Origin: Eledone cirrhosa | Taxonomy: Eukaryota | Direction: 5' to 3' | Assembly (NCBI GenBank): GCA_964016885.1 | Contig: OZ024742.1 | Span: 377,952,001-378,016,000 of the forward strand | DNA: 64,000 nt | The notes under the pieces: generated by a model | Told to the model about the DNA's origin: nothing | Database searches by the model: none | What the model saw: the letters and a program-made list of their open reading frames with translations, nothing else | Part shown: piece by piece, positions 57,720 to 64,000 of the stretch | Layout of the letters: every line of letters starts with the position of its first letter | How positions within the stretch are numbered: position 1 is the first letter of the stretch | Program-made: the position numbers and the translations under genes

Positions 57720-60700
57720 TTTAACAAGTGACAGTAGTAGAAATATGTTCTAGTCTTCTGTAGAGATAGTTTAACAAGTGACAGAAGTAGAAATATGTTC
57801 TAGTCTTCTGTAGAGATAGTTTAACAAGGGACAGAATTAGAAATATGTTCTAGTCTTCTGTAGAGATAGTTTAACAAGTGACAGAAGTAGAAATATGTTG
57901 TAGTCTTCTGTAGAGATAGTTTAACAAGTGACAGAAGTAGAAATATGCCATAGTCTTCTGTGGAGATAGTTTAACAAGTGACAGAAGTAGAAATATGTTC
58001 TTGTCTTCTGTAGAGGTAGTTTAACGAGTGACAGAAGTTGAAATATGTTCTAGTCTTCTGTAGAGATAGTTTAACAAGTGACAGATTTAATAATATGTTC
58101 TAGTCTTCTGTAGAGATAGTTTAAAAAGGGACAGAAGTAGAAATATGTTCTAGTCTTCTGTAGAGATAGTTTAACAATTAGCAGAAGTAAAAATATGTTC
58201 TAGCCTTCTGTAGAGATAGTTTAACAATCGACAGAAGTAGAAATATGTTCTATGTTCTAGTCTTCTGTAGAGATAGTTTAACAAGTGACAGAAGTAGAAA
58301 TATGTTCTAGTCTTCTGTAGAGATAGTTTAACAAGTGACAGTAGTAGAAATATGTTCTAGTCTTCTGTAGAGATAGTTTAACAAGGGACAGAAGTAGAAA
58401 TATGTTCTAGTCTTCTGTAGAGATAGTTTAACATGTGCCAGAAGTAGAAATATGTTCTAGTCTTCTGTAGAGATAGTTTAACACGTGACAGGAGTAGAAA
58501 TATGTTCTAGTCTTCTGTAGAGGTAGTTTAACAAGTGACACAAGTAGAAATATGTTCTATGTTCTAGTCTTCTGTCGAGATAGTTTAACAAGTGACAGAA
58601 GTAGAAATATGTTCTAGTCTTCTGTAGAGATAGTTTAACAAGTGACAGAAGCAGAAATATGTTCTACTCTTCTGTAGAGGTAGTTTAACAAGTGACAGAA
58701 GTAGAAATATGTTCTAGTCTTCTGTAGAGATAGTTTAACATGTGCCAGAAGTAGAAATATGTTCTAGTCTTCTGTGGAGGTAGTTTAACAAGTGACAGAA
58801 GTAGAAATATGTTCTTGTCTTCTGTAGAGGTAGTTTAACGAGTGACAGAAGTAGAAATATGTTCTAGTCTTCTGTAGAGATAGTTTAACAAGTGACAGAA
58901 GTAGAAATATGTTCTAGTCTTCTGTAGAGATAGTGTAACAAGGGACAGAATTGGAAATATGTTCTAGTCTTCTGTAGAGATAGTTTAACAAGTGACAGAA
59001 GTAGAAATATGTTGTAGTCTTCTGTAGAGATAGTTTAACAAGTGACAGATGTAGTAATATGTTCTAGTCTTCTGTAGAGATAGTTTAACATGTGGCAGGA
59101 GTAGAAATATGTTCTAGTCTTCTGTAGAGATAGTTTAACATGTGACAGAAGTAGAAATATGTTCTTGTCTTCTGTAGAGGTAGTTTAACGAGTGACAGAA
59201 GTAGAAATATATTCTAGTCTTCTGTAGAGATAGTGTAACAAGCGACAGAAGTAGAAATATGTTCTAGTCTTCTGTAGAGATAGTTTTAAAAGGAACAGAA
59301 GTAGAAATATGTTCTAGTCTTCTGTAGAGATAGTTTAACAAGTGACAGAAGTAGAAATATGTTCTAGTCTTCTGTAGAGATAGTTTAACAAGCGACAGAA
59401 GTAGAAATATGTTCTATGTTCTAGTCTTCTGTAGAGTTAGTTTAACACGTGACACAAGTAGAAATATGTTCTAGTCTTCTGCAGAGATAGTTTAACGAGT
59501 GACAGGAGTAGAATTATGTTCTAGTCTTCTGTAGAGTTAGTTTAACAAGTGACAGAAGTAGGATTATGTTCTAGTCTTCTGTAGAGTTAGTATAACATGT
59601 GACAGAAGTAGAAATATGTTCTAGTCTTCTGTAGAGATAGTTTAACAAGTGACACACGTAGAAATATGTTCTAGTCTTCTGTAGAGATATTTTAACAAGT
59701 GACAGGAGTAGAAATATGTTCTAGTCTTCTGTAGAGTTAGTTTAACAAGTGACAGAAGTAGAAATATGTTCTGGTCTTCTGTAGAGATAGTTTCACATGT
59801 GACAGAAGTAGAAATATGTTCTAGTCTTCTGTAGAGATAGTTTAACACGTGACAGGAGTGGCAATATGTTCTAGTTTTCTGTAGAGATAGTTTAACAAGT
59901 GACAGAAGTAGAAATATGTTCTAGTCTTCTGTAGAGATAGTTTAACAAGTGACAGTAGTAGAAATATGTTCTAGTCTTCTGTAGAGATAGTTTAACAAGT
60001 GACAGAAGTAGAAATATGTTCTAGTCTTCTGTAGAGATAGTTTAACAAGGGACAGAATTAGAAATATGTTCTAGTCTTCTGTAGAGATAGTTTAACAAGT
60101 GACAGAAGTAGAAATATGTTGTAGTCTTCTGTAGAGATAGTTTAACAAGTGACAGAATTAGAAATATGCCATAGTCTTCTGTGGAGATAGTTTAACAAGT
60201 GACAGAAGTAGAAATATGTTCTTGTCTTCTGTAGAGGTAGTTTAACGAGTGACAGAAGTAGAAATATGTTCTAGTCTTCAGTAGAGATAGTTTAACAAGC
60301 GACAGAAGTAGAAATATGTTCTAGTCTTCTGTAGAGATAGTTTAACAAGTGACAGATTTAATAATATGTTCTAGTCTTCTGTAGAGATAGTTTAAAAAGG
60401 GACAGAAGTAGAAATATGTTCTAGTCTTCTGTAGAGATAGTTTAACAATTAGCAGAAGTAAAAATATGTTCTAGCCTTCTGTAGAGATAGTTTAACAATC
60501 GACAGAAGTAGAAATATGTTCTATGTTCTAGTCTTCTGTAGAGATAGTTTAACAAGTGACAGAAGTAGAAATATGTTCTAGTCTTCTGTAGAGATAGTTT
60601 AACAAGTGACAGTAGTAGAAATATGTTCTAGTCTTCTGTAGAGATAGTTTAACAAGGGACAGAAGTAGAAATATGTTCTAGTCTTCTGTAGAGATAGTTT

Positions 60701-62210
60701 AACATGTGCCAGAAGTAGAAATATGTTCTAGTCTTCTGTAGAGATAGTTTAACACGTGACAGGAGTAGAAATATGTTCTAGTCTTCTGTAGAGGTAGTTT
60801 AACAAGTGACACAAGTAGAAATATGTTCTATGTTCTAGTCTTCTGTCGAGATAGTTTAACAAGTGACAGAAGTAGAAATATGTTCTAGTCTTCTGTAGAG
60901 ATAGTTTAACAAGTGACAGAAGCAGAAATATGTTCTACTCTTCTGTAGAGGTAGTTTAACAAGTGACAGAAGTAGAAATATGTTCTAGTCTTCTGTAGAG
61001 ATAGTTTAACATGTGCCAGAAGTAGAAATATGTTCTAGTCTTCTGTGGAGGTAGTTTAACAAGTGACAGAAGTAGAAATATGTTCTTGTCTTCTGTAGAG
61101 GTAGTTTAACGAGTGACAGAAGTAGAAATATGTTCTAGTCTTCTGTAGAGATAGTTTAACAAGTGACAGAAGTAGAAATATGTTCTAGTCTTCTGTAGAG
61201 ATAGTGTAACAAGGGACAGAATTGGAAATATGTTCTAGTCTTCTGTAGAGATAGTTTAACAAGTGACAGAAGTAGAAATATGTTGTAGTCTTCTGTAGAG
61301 ATAGTTTAACAAGTGACAGATGTAGTAATATGTTCTAGTCTTCTGTAGAGATAGTTTAACATGTGGCAGAAGTAGAAATATGTTCTAGTCTTCTGTAGAG
61401 ATAGTTTAACATGTGACAGAAGTAGAAATATGTTCTTGTCTTCTGTAGAGGTAGTTTAACGAGTGACAGAAGTAGAAATATATTCTAGTCTTCTGTAGAG
61501 ATAGTGTAACAAGCGACAGAAGTAGAAATATGTTCTAGTCTTCTGTAGAGATAGTTTTAAAAGGAACAGAAGTAGAAATATGTTCTAGTCTTCTGTAGAG
61601 ATAGTTTAACAAGTGACAGAAGTAGAAATATGTTCTAGTCTTCTGTAGAGATAGTTTAACAAGCGACAGAAGTAGAAATATGTTCTATGTTCTAGTCTTC
61701 TGTAGAGTTAGTTTAACACGTGACACAAGTAGAAATATGTTCTAGTCTTCTGCAGAGATAGTTTAACGAGTGACAGGAGTAGAATTATGTTCTAGTCTTC
61801 TGTAGAGTTAGTTTAACAAGTGACAGAAGTAGGATTATGTTCTAGTCTTCTGTAGAGTTAGTATAACATGTGACAGAAGTAGAAATATGTTCTAGTCTTC
61901 TGTAGAGATAGTTTAACAAGTGACACACGTAGAAATATGTTCTAGTCTTCTGTAGAGATATTTTAACAAGTGACAGGAGTAGAAATATGTTCTAGTCTTC
62001 TGTAGAGTTAGTTTAACAAGTGACAGAAGTAGAAATATGTTCTGGTCTTCTGTAGAGATAGTTTCACATGTGACAGAAGTAGAAATATGTTCTAGTCTTC
62101 TGTAGAGATAGTTTAACACGTGACAGGAGTGGCAATATGTTCTAGTTTTCTGTAGAGATAGTTTAACAAGTGACAGAAGTAGAAATATGTTCTAGTCTTC
62201 TGTAGAGATA
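57720..62210 (-). repeat. 2271-bp (45-monomer) tandem duplication in the reverse array, 2 copies
   Basis: GATTTAATAATA at 58084/60355 and identical ORFs at 59642/61913 (offset 2271). Shared private variants are ATTGGAAAT, GGAGTGGCAATA, CAATTAGCAG and CAATCGAC. Confidence 0.9.
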
Positions 62211-64000
62211 GTTTAACAAGTGACAGAAGTAGAAATATGTTCTTGTCTTCTGTAGAGGTAGTTTAACGAGTGACAGAAGTAGAAATATGTTCTAGACTTC
62301 TGTAGAGTTAGTTTAACAAGGGACAGAAGTAGAAATATGTTCTATGTTCTAGTCTTCTGTAGAGATAGTTTAACAAGGGACAGAAGTAGAAATATGTTCT
62401 AGTCTTATGTAGAGATAGTTGAACACGTGACAGGAGTAGAAATATGTTCTAGTCTTCTGTAGAGATAGTTTAACAAGTGACAGAAGTAGAAATATGTTCT
62501 AGTCTTCTGTAGAGATAGTTTAACAAGTGACAGAAGTAGAAATATGTTCTAGTCTTCTGTAGAGATAGTTTAACAAGTGACAGAAGTAGAAATATGTTCT
62601 AGTCTTCTGTAGAGATAGTTTCACATGTGACAGAAGTAGAAATATGTTCTAGTCTTCTGTAGAGATAGTTCAACACGTGACAAGAGTAGAATTATGTTCT
62701 AGTCTTCTGTAGAGATAGTTTAACAAGTGAGAGAAGTAGAAATATGTTCTTGTCTTCTGTAGAGGTAGTTTAACGAGTGACAGAAGTAGAAATATGTTCT
62801 AGTCCTCTGTAGAGATAGTTTAACAAGCGACAGAAGTAGAAATATGTTCTATGTTCTAGTCTTCTGTAGAGATAGTTTAACAAGTGACAGAAGTAGAAAT
62901 ATGTTCTAGTCTTCTGTAGAGATAGTTTAACAAGTGACAGAAGTAGAAATATGTTCTAGTCTTCTGTAGAGATAGTTTAACAAGTGACAGAAGTAGAAAT
63001 ATGTTCTACTCTTCTGTAGAGGTAGTTTAACAAGTGACAGAAGTAGAAATATGTTCTAGTCTTCTGTAGAGATAGTTTAACATGTGACAGAAGTAGATAT
63101 ATGTTCTAGTCTTCTGTAGAGATAGTTTAACATGTGACAGAAGTAGAAATATGTTCTTGTCTTCTGTAGAGGTAGTTTAACAAGTGACAGAAGTAGAAAT
63201 ATGTTCTAGTCTTCTGTAGAGATAGTTTAACAAGGGACAGAATTAGAAATATGTTCTAGTCTTCTGTAGAGATAGTTTAACATGTTACAGAAGTAGAAAT
63301 ATGTTGTAGTCTTCTGTAGAGATAGTTTAACAAGTGACAGAAGTAGAAATATGTTCTAGTCTTCTGTAGAGATAGTTTAAAATGTGACAGAAGTAGAAAT
63401 ATGTTCTTGTCTTCTGTAGAGGTAGTTTAACGAGTGACAGAAGTAGAAATATATTCTAGTCTTCTGTAGAGATAGTTTAACAAGCGACAGAAGTAGAAAT
63501 ATGTTCTAGTCTTCTGTAGAGATAGTTTTAAAAGGAACAGAAGTAGAAATATGTTCTAGTCTTCTGTAGAGATAGTTTAACAAGTGACAGAAGTAGAAAT
63601 ATGTTCTAGTCTTCTGTAGAGATAGTTTAACAAGGGACAGAATTAGAAATATGTTCTAGTCTTCTGTAGAGATAGTTTAACAAGTGACAGAAGTAGAAAT
63701 ATGCCATAGTCTTCTGTGGAGATAGTTTAACAAGTGACAGAAGTAGAAATATGTTCTTGTCTTCTGTAGAGGTAGTTTAACGAGTGACAGAAGTAGAAAT
63801 ATGTTCTAGTCTTCAGTAGAGATAGTTTAACAAGCGACAGAAGTAGAAATATGTTCTTGTCTTCTGTAGAGGTAGTTTAACGAGTGACAGAAGTAGAAAT
63901 ATGTTCTAGTCCTCTGTAGAGATAGTTTAACAAGCGACAGAAGTAGAAATATGTTCTATGTTCTAGTCTTCTGTAGAGATAGTTTAACAAGTGACAGAAG

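Larger units (their letters stand above)
50013..64000 (-). repeat. Same 50-bp satellite in reverse orientation (subfamily B), about 277 monomers; continues beyond the right edge
   Basis: The + strand reads AGTGACAGAAGTAGAAATATGTTCTAGTCTTCTGTAGAGATAGTTTAACA, the exact reverse complement of the consensus. Its variant set differs from the left arm (AAGCGAC, GCCATAG..GTGGA, TAGCAGAAGTAAAA, TTTTAAAAGGAAC, GTCGAG). Confidence 0.99.

Noticed and set aside
54239-62119. 68-aa minus-strand ORFs in the reverse array
   Set aside because: Chance loss of stop codons in variant monomers. They repeat at the 2271-bp HOR period.
1-64000. CRISPR array (regular repeats with an internal hairpin)
   Set aside because: There are no unique spacers, since the whole unit is repeated, and no leader or cas genes are present.
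50013-64000. Fold-back read chimera or hairpin-telomere artefact explaining the inversion
   Set aside because: Such artefacts give an exact mirror image. Here the arms differ from the first monomer onward and have distinct variants and HORs. A contig mis-join still needs read-level exclusion.
1-64000. Telomeric repeat or G-quadruplex array
   Set aside because: There is no short G-rich telomeric motif, and the consensus has no G-runs.

Overview
The whole 64-kb window is one AT-rich (32% GC) tandem satellite DNA. The consensus monomer is 50 bp (TGTTAAACTATCTCTACAGAAGACTAGAACATA[T/A]TTCTACTTCT[G/T]TCACT), present in roughly 1,250 copies, with recurrent 57-bp variants and rarer 48, 49, 53 and 54-bp variants. 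I see no unique sequence, transposon, RNA gene, CRISPR array or credible protein-coding gene. All listed ORFs are translations of the repeat. The main structural event is a single orientation switch at 50013-50014. It joins a ~50-kb forward array (subfamily A) convergently to a >=14-kb reverse array (subfamily B) through a 2-bp TA microhomology, giving a near spacer-less imperfect palindrome. The two arms carry different variant sets, so this is not a simple mirror fold-back. Both arms are organised in local higher-order repeats (periods measured from marker variants: 300, 671, ~1614-1663, 2254, 2271, 2361, 2445, ~2612-2655, 3081 and 4379-4527 bp) built by reshuffling conserved multi-monomer modules. 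Each monomer contains a 12-bp bulged inverted repeat. The pattern resembles eukaryotic (peri)centromeric or heterochromatic satellite, but organism and function cannot be determined from this sequence. HOR boundaries are approximate and were read by eye.
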